From contig OZ316894.1 in NCBI GenBank assembly GCA_973895155.1, forward strand, positions 20,900,451 to 20,964,450: a DNA stretch of 64,000 bases. The letters run 5' to 3'. A program made the translations under genes and the position numbers. Below are positions 15,378 through 27,813 of this stretch, piece by piece (position 1 is the stretch's first letter; each line of letters begins with the position of its first letter). The notes under the pieces are model-generated. The model was not told the origin of the DNA and ran no database searches. It saw only the letters and a program-made list of their open reading frames with translations. This DNA is from Marsupella aquatica. Its lineage: Eukaryota; Plantae; Marchantiophyta.

Positions 15378-15649
15378 GTAAATCAACAATTTGATTCTCA
15401 TATTAACCCCTAAACATAACACACAAATTTTAAAAATATAAGTAAACAACAAATGTTTACACGCGCACGGTCGCGTGACTAATGTATCCATAGTTCAATT
15501 CTCATATTATGCAATCAATTCAACCACGCCACCCGAAACGATACTCACATAACAATATAAATAAATCCACACAGCGATGCGACCGGGCGCGTCACTCACA
15601 ACACAAAGTCAAAAGTATAAATAAGAATTATAAATAAATAAATGTTTAC

Positions 15650-16589
15650 TTTTCTTTGGCTTCCATTGCACGGTCTTTCCTATCTGATAATATTCTCATG
15701 AAATTGTCAAACTCTCGTAAATGGTCAGGATTACCCTGAGTACGAATGGTCACATTTTTCCTCCAAAGATTTGCCTTATCAATATAATCCTTCTGAAGAT
15801 TGTCTCAAGAAAACTATGGAATACCATATCCCCGAAGTCGCTCGTGGAATTTCAACTTCGGATTGAACATATCGCACAGATACGGATATAGTTTTTTTGA
15901 AAATGTGTGTCATCTTCTAGCCCAAAATACGCGTCGGGATACACAGACGAGTAGAAGCTATTTAAGCTCGTCTTATAAGCAGCATCATCCATAATAATCA
16001 CATTCTCCTTGTCGTAATCCTTAATATCGGTGGCAATGTCAGAGAGATATTTGACAAATAGGGGAATGTCATTATTACTCTTACCAATAGGTCGTGTTGA
16101 TTCTTGTCCCCAGATAAATTTAATACGGCTCAAAACCTCGGGTCGGAGAATCAGCCTTATACATGATAGAATATTTTGTTTCAACATACACGACCAGATG
16201 GCAATGTCGTAAAGTTCTGACACCTTCACAAGAAATGTCATTAAGTCAAGCCTTGGATAGAAAACCTTGTGCATGTGTTTGACACCCCTTGACCGAATGG
16301 GCATCCCAGGGCTGCTTTGCTCTGACTAGATAAGTACCCAATTTAGGTCAAAAATTACAAGTCTCTTCATTCGAATTACCGGACCTTTCTGTATCGGTGG
16401 CCCTCTGCGCCGATGGATTAGGCGTCGTCTGTACCTGTGATTTTTGTGCCAAAGGATTTGGAGCCCGTACTACCAAGGTCTTTCCCGCCTCCGGGAAATC
16501 AACGGACTTCAGGATTGGTGCCTTCTTTACTGGTGCCTTCTTTACTGGTGCCTTCTTTACTTGATCAGGGGGTTTCGGGCTAGGTTTCT
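15650..16589 (-). pseudogene. FCP1/SCP-like HAD phosphatase domain, copy 1, preceded by a (PVKKA)n linker; stop and frameshift
   Basis: MKRLVIFDLNWVLI*...YPRLDLMTFL...YDIAIWSC...FIWGQES...LFVKYLSDI...ENVIIMDDAAYK. Confidence 0.8.
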
Positions 16590-16673
16590 GTAAAACATTA
16601 GAAAATGAAAAATAAGTTTTATAACACGAACGGTCGCATGACTATAAAGAGAGACTAAAATGAAGTATAATAC

Positions 16674-17471
16674 CTACCCAAGAAGATGGTCGTTCAGCAA
16701 TTGAATTCCGCCGGCAATGTCAATCATAGCAGCACATATCCCGGTACCATGGTTGTCTCCGGATGCCGGCTTTCGGAAGTCCATGTCATATAACGACAAG
16801 ACAACTTCCCTACGGAATTTCTCAATGTCTGCAGCGGAGAAACTAATTTCGCTGCCTTGGCACAAACACTTGGCGTATTTCAACGTAAAAACACCACAAC
16901 TATACCCGTCACTTTGGTGTGGAATATCATTCCGATATATCCGTTCCCAACCTGATATATCCACCTTGACTCCATTTCTCCATAGAATTTCGTCGACGTA
17001 ATACTGCCCAACGATATCGAGCACCTTAGGATTTTGTCAATTTTGAACTAGAGAATCCAGGTACTCGAATCGTTTCTCCTTCGGATAGACAACTGCCAAT
17101 GACCAATGTTCTTTCCCAACAATGTGAACTGGAAAGACTAGTTTGTCGTATTCACTCATTCTTAACGGAAAGTCAACTGTCCAAGATGCTCGGTCCTCAT
17201 AAAAAATGGTAGGATCCATGGAGAGAAGCTCAAAATGGTGTGTTTGGAAGAATTTTACAACCTCTGATTTTCCAACTCTATTAAGAATCAGCTCGAGAAA
17301 GCTCAAATAAGCATTAATTATATCATCGGTAAGCAACTCGCGCGGTCTCAGACACATCATATGTTTCCTCTTGATCGAGTGGTGTAAAAACTTGGTCAAT
17401 ACCTCTTCCATATCCATAGAAGGATCGAGGCATTGATCTATTCGACTACCCAAATTTTCAAAAAATTGCAA
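16674..17471 (-). pseudogene. Ulp1/SENP (peptidase C48) SUMO-protease domain, one internal stop
   Basis: CLRPRELLTDDIINAYL...VFPVHIVGKEHWSLAVV...EYLDSL...PHQSDGYSCGVFTLKYA; the His-Asp-Gln-Cys catalytic set is intact. Confidence 0.9.
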
Positions 17472-17631
17472 AAAACAGAGAATTCAATACGCCTTCAAAT
17501 AACGTACTAAGGTTGTAGCCTACGAGTAAACAGAAACAACAATAAATCAATAATAAAATATAATGACAGGTCCAAAACCCTAACGACAAAGAAAATACTG
17601 GCTGCTAGACTAGAAACAAAATCCTTTCAAC

Positions 17632-19555
17632 TTATAGCTTGCGAATGATCTTTGGATTGGGTGGATCCGGCCTTTTTGCACCGGATTTCTTGGGTGCCTC
17701 CTTCGCAGCTATATCACTAGGAGCTCCCCGGGAGTGCAATGATCGATTCACCGGACCGGTTTGTGAAGGTTGGAGAGATGAGGCGGGAAGACCTTCGAAT
17801 GGTTGTGGTAGTTTATTTAGGTATTCGACCATCTGTGAGTCTAACAAATCAGGTTCCGCAATATCCGCTTTGCCAGTCTCCGGTTGGGCTTCCGAGTGTG
17901 TCGTCTCTGGGTTATATTGTGGCCGAGATCACAAACCCGGTCGCGTGAAGTCAGACTTTAGTCTCTTCATAGTTTGAGCGGATTTGGGAGCCAACTACGT
18001 TCCCAGTTCTTCCACTTGATTCTCGGAAAATCGTACATTATTGGTAATCGTCTCTAGTCTCGATTCACTTGCACTTGTCTCCTCTATAATCATAACACCC
18101 TTCCAGTAATGCACAGCCAAAACTGCCTGGACACGTAGCAGCTCGGGTGAATATTTATTCCAATCCTCCAAGGAGACTGTACCTAATGGTGGATCGTCAA
18201 ACTCAAAGTCCGGACGCAGAAAATAGTCTAATATTTTCTTCTTAATTCCAGCGGACGGCGACGAAGGCTTCCTCAAATTGAGCTTTATTTTAGGTAATCG
18301 GTTTGCCTCAGGAATAAGCGAAAGGTCCCTGGCCTTCTCGGTCTCCTAGCTTCTTCGCCTCCTCCTTCTCCGCCTGCTCCTCCTTCTCCGCCTGCTCCTC
18401 CTTCTTCTCGGCCTCCTCCTTCTCGGCCTCCTTCTTCTCAGCCTCTTTCTTCTCAGCCTTCTCTGCCTCCTTCTTCTCACCCTCCTTCTTCTCGGCCTCC
18501 TTCTTCTCAGCCTTCTCAGCCTCTTTCTTCTCAGCCTCCTTCTTCTCAGCCTTCTCAGCCTCCTTCTTCTCAGCCTCTTTCTTCTCAGCCTGCTCCTTCT
18601 TCTTGGCCTCCTTCTTCTCAGCCTCCTTCGTCTTCTCCTTTGTCTTCTCGGCCTCCTTCGTCTTCTCGGCCTTCTTTTTTTTGGCCTCTTTCTTTTTGAC
18701 CTCCTTCTTTTCGGCCTCCTTCTTTTTGGCCTCCATCCTTGCCTGCGCCCTCCTCGCTTCCGCCCTCTCCGCCTCCTCCCTCTCTGCCTTCAGATTCTGT
18801 GACTCTTCTCTCTCCTCCTCCTCGCTCTCGGCCTCCTTTCTTGTGGGTTCCTCCTCCTCGCTCTTGACCTCCTGTCTTGTCGGTTCCTCCTCCCCGCTCT
18901 CAGCCTCCTGTCTTGTCGGTTCCTTCTCCCCGCTCTCGGCCTCCTGTCTTGTCGGTTCCTCCTCCTTGCTCTCAGCCTCCGGAGGATCCTCTCTTGTCTG
19001 GCCCTGCCTCCTATCCTCATCCACCCTGTCGGCCACTTCTCTCTCTGCTTCAACCGCGGCTTGGACTCTCGCTACCTCTGCCAATGCCTCTGCCTGAAGT
19101 CTGGCTGTCTCAACTCTCTCCGCTTCAGCTCTTGACTTCCTCTTTGCGGAAGCTACCTTTCGAGCTGCCGCCTTCTGCTTCTTGGCTTCTACCTTTTGAG
19201 TCTCTTGTCGGGACGCTTCTAGTCTAAGCGCTTCTTCTCGGGCTTCTTCTCAGGCCTCCTCTTGTCTCACCACTTCTAGTCGGGCCGCCTCCTCCTGTCT
19301 GGCCTCATCATCCACATCCTCCATGTCTTCGTCGGACCCTGCTGTATCTTTGTCAGTCCCCTCATCAAATTTATCAACTTGCTGATTTTCATCAATTTCA
19401 CCGGCTTCCTCACCGTCACTCTCTTTTTTGATTTGGTCATCATCATCGACATCGTTCTGCGGCTCGGTCATCCAATCTAGATCTTGGTCGTCATTGACGT
19501 CCCCATGCCCGTTGTTCACTTTGTCCTCACCAGTAAAGCCACTTTGGACTTCATC
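17632..19555 (-). pseudogene. Acidic and E/K/A-rich coiled-coil linker exon (EKKEA repeats) upstream of Ulp1
   Basis: ORFs 19250-19615 and 18308-19084 are in frame across a TGA. A frameshift near 18345 continues into ORFs 17995-18276 and 17632-17847. Acceptor tttgtcag at ~19555. Confidence 0.7.
18350..18980. repeat. Coding minisatellites: (ttcttctcagcctcc)n and a 36-bp EAESGEEEPTRQ unit
   Basis: Tandem 15-bp and 36-bp units are directly visible. Confidence 0.85.
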
Positions 19556-19683
19556 TGACAAAAATAAAATATATAAATAAATATAATACACAGTAAAAAC
19601 AATGTTCACGCGCATGTTTGTGTGAAGCTCGACAATGTTTTGTTATGCAGAAGAAGCAATTGTAGGGTTTGATATAAATTTAC

Positions 19684-22600
19684 CTTGGATTGGCCCTCGA
19701 GGGTACTCTGTTGGCCGAATGTACATTCTATCTGAATCTTCTGAGAGGGAAGACTCTTGCAACAATTGATAACAAATATGATCAGGAATATGTTGTTCTT
19801 GGAGGACTTCCAAAACATCAGCCTTGAGAGCAGATACGGATGTACGGTACTTCATTAGTTTATCTATACATTTTTCTATACTAGCCCGTACTAGGTCAAT
19901 CAACAACAGCGTTGTATCATTCGTCGTAGTGGTGTGTTGTAGGAAACAAGACAATTCCCCGTGCGTTGTTACGGGGCAGTAATATTTTACATTGGATCCA
20001 GCATCCTGTAAAATAAGAAACATAAATTAGTTCGACCAATATAAATTGTAGTTCAAAATCCAAATCATCTAAAAAGCTAAACCCCACAATGTAAATCTAA
20101 GAACTTACCATTAGGCACTAGATCAAATTCTTTCCTTCACCGAAACATATAGCCCATTCCCCAGATTGGACGAATTGACTAACAATACTTTCAAAGAATG
20201 AAGGATCTTTTCTGGCAAAGTCGTCGCTATCTCGCCGCTCTCTTCAAAATCAGTTATTTTCTCAATCCGATATTTGGACAGCAATTGGAGCTCAAGGACA
20301 TCCGAGTCGCCCATTGTGCTGAAGGCCGAGCTGTGAAAGGCGTATGTTACAATAAGCTTCCTTTCCTTTTGCCGCTTTTGAATATAATTGCTATCCACAG
20401 CAATGTACTGTGTGTATTTCACTAATTCCCATTTGATTAAATAAGACTCAATGGGAGTGGCCACAATAATAACCACATGGTGTGGTTTAGCCCCTATTTT
20501 GCTAGTAGCACGGAATAACCCCTCATAGAATGCGCAATTTGACAAGTGCATCTCTCCCATTGATGAGGAATCAAAATAAATCAAGCTCGCAAGGTTCTTG
20601 TTGTCACGTATGATACAGTCTGCAAACCCAGCATTTTGTATATCCTGCAGGGATTGCAATTTCAGCCTCTCACCGACCGGTCGCACTAGTTGGTTTCCTT
20701 GACTATCAACTGATTTCTGTATTCCTTCCACTAACCTATAGAATATCGGGTCGATCTCTTTCAACAAATTATCATTACTAATATTTACATTTAAGCACTT
20801 CTTCAGATAATCACTCAGTGCATCTCTCAGCTGCTTCAGTACCATCTTGTTGAGCTTAAAGCGATCAATCATTCCTTGGATCCGCAATTTTTGGGCGGCG
20901 TCGGTAAGACTTTTCAGCTCGGCCTGGGTGCCTGTATCCCCGTTGAGTTTACTCAACAAAAGAATCTCAAACTCAACTTTTGTCTTCTTCTCTACATAGA
21001 ATTCCTCCAAACTCCTGCCGCTTGTTGACACCACTAGGGCTTCAGAGGACTTCCTAGCCTTCGCGGATTTCACTTTGATGCTTCTATTTTTGAGAATAGA
21101 CAATTTCTCACTCAACATGTATTCCGCTGCCTTTCGAAGAACTTTGTCTGAGCACCCTTGACAAGAACATAATGACTTCTTAAGAAGATGAAAAGCATTT
21201 GGATTCTCCCCAACCTTGAGGATCTTCTTCTGCAAAATTCCATTGTATATAACAAGCTCTCCTTTCCTTGAAAGTTCATAAACTTCCATCCACTTCTTGA
21301 ATGTTTCATCCTCCATGGTAAAGAGGAACGGAGCCAACTCTCCAAATTTCATTACCTTGTTTTTGCCCATTTGCACCCATGGGCAGACTAAACTTGTAGC
21401 CCTCATAAATACCTGGAAAATGAGATAACAAAGGAGCATAACAATTCTAAGATTGACACGCCCAGTCACGTGACAAAATTAACTTCATAAATCTGTAAGA
21501 AAATGTAATGCATATATCTGTAAGACAATGTAATGCATAAATCTGTAAGAATATAATCGACAAGGGTTTGGTCCATACCTTCCAATTAGGATGACGAGAA
21601 TGTGATCCAGGCCAACCAAATGAGTTCCATATATTACGACACTGTCTGACAATGGTGAAAAATTGCCCCTCTTCCATGGATGTTTGATGACAATGGTTTA
21701 GGGCCCTCGACAGTCCCATCAAATGGATATTATTCTCGTTATTGAACGTTGCCCAAAACATGACAGCTTCTACTATCCCGCATGCATCTCGAACATCTTG
21801 GCTGACATTAGTGTCGTCTTTCAGCAATTTGTAGGCCATGATTGTGTGTTGGCCTCCAAGTATCCAAAAATAACTTCTCTTAATGTCCTCCTCCATTGGC
21901 GCCGATTCGTAGGCCATTCCATTGTAGTCGGCAATTTTGTCGGCTTCGGACTGAACCCACTTTACAGGGACTAAGAAGCAGCATCTCTTCTCAAACTTTA
22001 TAGCCGAATGAGAAAGGAGTGAATTCTTTAGCCTCTCAGTGTAATCCTGATTCCACTCTCGGCATTTGATGTGATCCGGTGCAAGATGACAACGCGAAGT
22101 CTCAATAAAAAAGGACTTGCTGTTAAATATGTTCACAACACTATATTCCTTGAGGAAACTATCGAACAGAGCACCGACATTCTGTGCGGTGATAACTTTT
22201 GGAAGATTCTCCGCCGTGTATGTTTCAGCCTCGGTCACTGGAATGGGCTTTCCCAAGCGAAATTCCTTCTTGAAAGGAATTCTCTTGAACTCAAGGACGT
22301 CAATAATATATTGACAAATCAAATCACCAGTTAATCCCCGTGGATTGGAGGGGTATCCCACACTAGTAACCTTTTCCAAGGTGTGCCTAGCACCTAGAAG
22401 ATCATCGATTCTCCTCTGATTGAAGGTCACATATTGCGTGCGATCCAAACATATGCTGATGTTGTCATCTTGGTTATCGTCACTGACTAACAGAACCAAT
22501 CCCTCAGTACACTCTTGAACACTCAAGTTCTTCTCAAAGAAGCACCCAAGAATTTTTGAATTCTCCAAAATTGTAGCCTTCTCATTTTTTGCAACCACAA

Positions 22601-22817
22601 GACGGAGACTCCCATTCTGAACAATTATTCCAAGTTCGGTTATCTCTGTCAAGTCAAAGAGATGGAGTGTCTTTGTCTCTGTTGTTTCCTCCCTGATAGA
22701 TTTTCCTCGATAAGCAAGAATGGATGTCTCCGTGGGCATCACTCTGGTCTTGGCTTTCTTTTGAGCAACTGATTTAGAGGAGTCTCTTTTCCGCTTTGAT
22801 GTCACCATTGGATCCAT
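19684..22817 (-). CDS. ParB/Srx-like domain protein exons (22817-~21580, ~21412-~20110, ~20006-~19684)
   Basis: CREWNQDYTERLKNSL...FWILGGQHTIMAYKLL resembles the ParB/Srx N-domain GxxH/R motif. Donor (NWK|gtatgg) and acceptor (tttccag|VFMRAT) link the 456-aa and 448-aa ORFs. Confidence 0.6.
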
Positions 22818-23017
22818 TCTGAAAAATACAAATATTGAAAGTCAAACCTTTATTTCAGAATGACAATACGCGCATGGTCACGTTGCGTCGAATTACATTT
22901 TAGGAACTAATCAAACCGAATGGTTTCTTTCCTTGAGGTCAACTTGTCAAAATCCATATCTATAAATAACTATGCGACTGAAAAATTGAAGCACGCGCAT
23001 GGTCGCGTCGCCCCAAA

Positions 23018-24758
23018 TTACATTTTAGGAACGTATTTCTTGACCCAATCCTTTTGCTCCTCGTCATCTAACCAAATCCAATGGTTTCTAAACGTGTCAA
23101 GCTCGGTCCCATCAAAACCACCAAGAATGTCCAGAGGTGGAAGAATTTTGATAGATTCTCTATATCTGATTGCTACATTCCGTGCAGTCAAATGCCTTCC
23201 AAGCGATTCATATCCAGGTCTATCGGTGAAATCGTTTGCTACCAAGGTGACCGTCGCCCAAGTACTACTATAAGTAACTATGTGACGCCACTTCTTACTG
23301 ACTATTCGAATGGCGATCAAGTCCATGACCCGTTTTTTAATCGCATTATCTGACAAATTTCCAAGCAAATAGAAAAACACTTTGACTAAAGGCCAAATAT
23401 ATTTCTTGATAATATCGTCCGGGAGGCCAAGTATCAGTGATTTTGCATTACTCCATATCATGTTCAGATTTATAACCTTTGCACTTGCAATTTGATCCAT
23501 CATCATTTGACGATGAGATTTCCGATTCATGTCAAAGGACTGCAACATCATATGGAAAAGATTAAGAAAGGGACCCTGTCCATCAGGAACTAGAACCACC
23601 AAGATTCTGAGTAAATGTACCAAACTTTTCGACTAGAAGAAGTCGCTCTTCTTCATCTAAACAGTCATATCTGTCACTAAATAATAACACATTGCCGCAA
23701 CTAGTAGTCCCAAGAATGGGTATTTCTGGGAGCAGAGAGATATCCTGTCGAATAACTTGACAGACTGAGTCAAATTCCAAATCCTCAGTCCCGGGTATGT
23801 AGGAAAGTGCGTCATTTGCGTTGTCGACCATCCGGTTTGCTTGTTTTAGGCTAGCCCATAACTTGGTATTCGTAACTAGAAAGTCCCACTTCTTGCTACA
23901 CGCTCCAAGCCGGATAAGGTCTTGGACCCGAGCCACAACCAAATCGTTTTTGGTAAGTTGATATCTACTCAATCCTTGAATTGAAATAAAGTATTCGTAT
24001 AATATTGGCCATATTCTCGAAATGACCAAAACATCTGGTAATCCTCCTATGAGACGAGAGGAGGTTTTATCGAGCATGTCCCAGATATCTTTCTGTTCCC
24101 TTTCATGAGATGAAAGAAATCTTGAGCCAGATTGAGGAGTTCGCTCATCCTGTTGTTATCAAATCACAAAACATTGTTAGAAGTTGTCTCACGCGCCCGG
24201 TCGCGTATGTTAACAACTAGCATTCAGGTCATCCTCAAGGTACCCAACTTTGTGGCATCTTATTGTAAACTGCCATTTTTCAACTAGGTGAAGAGCATCA
24301 TAGGTCTTTGTAAATAGTTCTCTAAGAACGCTGGACATCGACCCCAGGAATTTAATTCTTGGGTATTTCTTAAAGAAACTTTGCACAGTCGATGAGAGAG
24401 ACTCATTTGGGATTGATTTAGCAGTATGTCTTGGGAAATCTAAATCTAATAAACTCAACTTGATTATACCCAATAGATAGGTATTACCAACAAGGTGGCA
24501 CCATCTGCGACACACCAAAGATAGTCCAATCAACTCATTCAATTCCTTTGTTGAGAAATTTCCTGCATTAGCCGAGCAATTAAAGGAATCCTTGATTCGA
24601 GGCCAAATCAATTCCGCGACAATGTTATCTGGAAGTCCAGGTAATAGTGTCTCAACAAAGACAGAATATCCCTCCATTAGGCCATCTTGGGTTCTGTCGG
24701 GAACGTCAAATATAGGGCAGAGATATTTGAAGCTCTCAAGACTAGGTTCCCCCATCAA
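23018..24758 (-). CDS. Three tandem F-box-like domains
   Basis: LLPGLPDNIVAELIWPRI..LSLVCRRW; LIGGLPDVLVISRIWPIL..LGACSKKW; LILGLPDDIIKKYIWPLV..IRIVSKKW; similar C-terminal halves. Confidence 0.75.
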
Positions 24759-25214
24759 TGAACCTCTATTTTGATTTGTAACGCGAGTGGTCGCGTCAAA
24801 TAATCAAAATGTTTCCTTCGATCACGGAACTAACTATAAGAGGTCTAACGAGCACGCGACTGGTCATGTTAACTGCACCTAACATGCGACTGGTCGCGTC
24901 ACCTAATCCTCGGAAATCTCTAAACCTCCCGTGTGGAGATCTACCTCACACTCGACTGGTCGCGTCAAAAGATAATCCAAAATTGATCGAACAACAAACC
25001 AGGAGTAGTCACAATACCTGTACGGACTGATAAATCCAAATGCGAACATGGAATTATTAAAGTGAGATACATGTCGTGCGCATACATATCGCTACACAAC
25101 ATACATCGCTTGTCCCATACATCCAGACATAGTCACACTGCCACATCACAAACACAAGAGAATGGAATACAAGTGGAACTCATGTCCACACATGTCCAAA
25201 ACCCACAATAAACA

Positions 25215-25398
25215 ACATTGAAGGGCCCTGGTATTCAAATTGAATTGGCTAGTGATGCGCCAATCTTTCGTAGACCATACCGTTATAGTGACATGGAGAG
25301 AGCTCTGATTCAAAGCAGAACTCAAGATTTGTTGGAGGCTGGATTGGTGGAGATTTCATATGGGGAGTATGCATCTGCCACAGTGATGCCAGCCAAGA
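25215..25398 (+). repeat. 184-bp inverted duplicate of 26538-26721 (RT N-terminal region)
   Basis: Reverse complement matches without visible mismatch; both encode KGPGIQIELASDAPIFRRPYRYSDMER...VMPAK. Confidence 0.95.
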
Positions 25399-25399
25399 T

Positions 25400-26880
25400 T
25401 GCGGCTTAATCCATCTGCATCCAAGTTCATTTTTCCAGGCCTATGCACCACCTGGAAATCATACTCCTGTAACAACAATGCCCATCGTGCAAGCTTCCCT
25501 GTAAGCTTGTCAGACTCCATTAACCACTTAAGAGGCTGATGATCAGTGATCAAGGTAAAGGGGTTACCAAACAAGTAGCAACGAAAGTGTGCAACAGCCC
25601 ACACTGCTGCCAAACACTCTCCCTCATAAGAGCTATACTTAGCCTTTGCTGCATTGTTTGATCTACTGGCATAAGCCACAACAAACTCATTCCCCTCATC
25701 ATCCTTCTGAGTCAGCACTGCTCCAAGTCCTACTCCACTCCAATCATTGTGTAGCTGAAATGGTCTGCCTGGAATGGGTCTTCTCAAAATAGGGGATGAT
25801 GCCAACCTTTGCTTCAACTCCTGAAAGGCATGCTCTTGGTCATCACCCCAAGTCCATTCCTGATCCAACTTAGTGAGTATGGTTAAAGGTTTAGCAAGCT
25901 GGCTAAATCCTTTAACATACCTCCTATAGTAGCTCGCCAATCCCAAGAATGCACGAACTTTGCTCACATCAGTAGGATGAGGAATCTGTGTAATGGCCTC
26001 CACTTTAGTCTGCTGTACACCCAATCCCCCTGGGTATATAGTGTGGCCCAAATACTCAATCTGGTCTTGGAAGAACTTACACTTGCCAGGATGGAGCTTC
26101 AACCCATGTGCTCTCAATCTCTCCAACACAATCTGCAAGTGTTGCTGATGTTCTTCCACAGTAAAAGAATAGACCAAAATATCATCAATATAACATCTGA
26201 CAAAATCCAAACCTGCAAAGATTTGATCCATGACTCTCTGGAACTCAGCTGGTGCATTCTTCAACCCAAATGGTAAGAATAACCACTGATACAAACGATC
26301 TTTGCCATAAGAATCAATCCCCCAAAATGTTGTCTTGGACCTGTCAGCATGCCTAATTGGAAGCTGATGGTACCCTCGTTGCCCTCAGATCCAATGAACT
26401 GAAAACCTTTGCATGCCCCACAACATCAAAGATCTCCTCAGGTATGGGCATGGCATATCGATCAGATTTTTTCTGGCGATTAATAGGTCTGTAATCACCA
26501 CACATGCGCCTATCTGTGTAATTGCCATGCACATCCTTCTTGGCTGGCATCACTGTGGCAGATGCATACTCCCCATATGAAATCTCCACCAATCCAGCCT
26601 CCAACAAATCTTGAGTTCTGCTTTGAATCAGAGCTCTCTCCATGTCACTATAACGGTATGGTCTACGAAAGATTGGCGCATCACTAGCCAATTCAATTTG
26701 AATACCAGGGCCCTTCAATGTCCCCAAATCCTTCATGCTGAATGCAAAACAATTCCAATAACTCTTCAGGAATCGATGCATGCGATGTCTCTCCTCCCCT
26801 GTTAACTTAGGGCCAAGTTGTGGTTCCCAACTCTCCACCAAATCCCTAATATCTCTTTGTAGGGTAAAAGAGATAGCCAA
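25400..26880 (-). pseudogene. Gypsy reverse transcriptase and RNase H
   Basis: RMCGDYRPIN, LPFGLKNAPAEFQ, CYIDDILVYS, VRAFLGLASYYRRY, DWSGVGLGAVLTQ, VAYASRS, TDHQPLKWL, ADGLSR; frameshift near 26380. Confidence 0.95.
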
Positions 26881-27813
26881 TGATTGCTATTTAGCAGTAG
26901 ATTGAGCAGTCCCTTCCTGCTCAACAATCTGTCCAGCCTTGGCCAATCCTGCCATAGGTCCATGGACTGTCTGCTCGCCCCCAGCTGTGGTCAATACTGT
27001 CTCAGTGGACCACAAGCTCACCAAGGGACAATCAGTAATTCTAGCAGAGCGCATCAGCAACTGTTCAGCTACTCCCAAGCTGATAATCCAAGTCAAACAA
27101 TTCAGGTCCATTGCTTGACCAAGAACCTGGCGCCGCAAACCCTCTGACACAAAGGCAACTGCAGTGGTGCCAGTCAAAAATCCCATAGCATGCTCTCTCT
27201 CGTCAGCAGTAGGTTCCACTAACTACTGGAGAGCTGTGTCCCACACAAGTCCAGGGCCACCTGCTCTGAATGCATATGAAGCAGAGTGGCTTACAAGAGT
27301 GGGTAATGCACAACGTGGGCGCCCAACTACATTGACCATTGCCAATGGAGGTCTATCAGGTTGGGTCACACCCTGTGCCCGACGCCCTGGATCCAAAATA
27401 TCATCCACCACTAAGGCTGGTGAGCGTGGAATGCTATCAAATGCGCGCTTCAGCACCTCACATGGGATCAAATTAGTCCACCACAAGCGTGGACGATGTG
27501 CACGAGAACCCACACGTGCAGCATCCAATAACACAGCAGGTCCAATCCAAGACCTCACCTGGTGAACACTAGCAATAATCCAACTACGATCATCACCTAA
27601 CAATGGCACATTCTCCAAAATGTATGCTGGAGATTATGTCTGATGTAGTTGGAGATGACGCAGCACCCGTAACATCTCCCAAAACAATGCAGAGCGTGGA
27701 TCATGAAGTCCATGCCCAACGCCAGCTCTAGATTGGCCCTAACATGGCCAACCAACAATCACCAAATCAATGGGGCCAACACGATGTAGATGATCCGCCC
27801 CCAACAATAAAAT

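Noticed and set aside
18603-19227. Hydrophobic S/F/A-rich plus-strand ORFs
   Set aside because: Antisense shadows of the E/K/A-rich repeat exon.
13885-24758. Endogenous giant virus origin (F-box, FCP1 and Ulp1 also occur in NCLDVs)
   Set aside because: No capsid, polB, packaging ATPase or other core viral gene seen; spliceosomal-type introns and a transposase fit a DNA transposon better.
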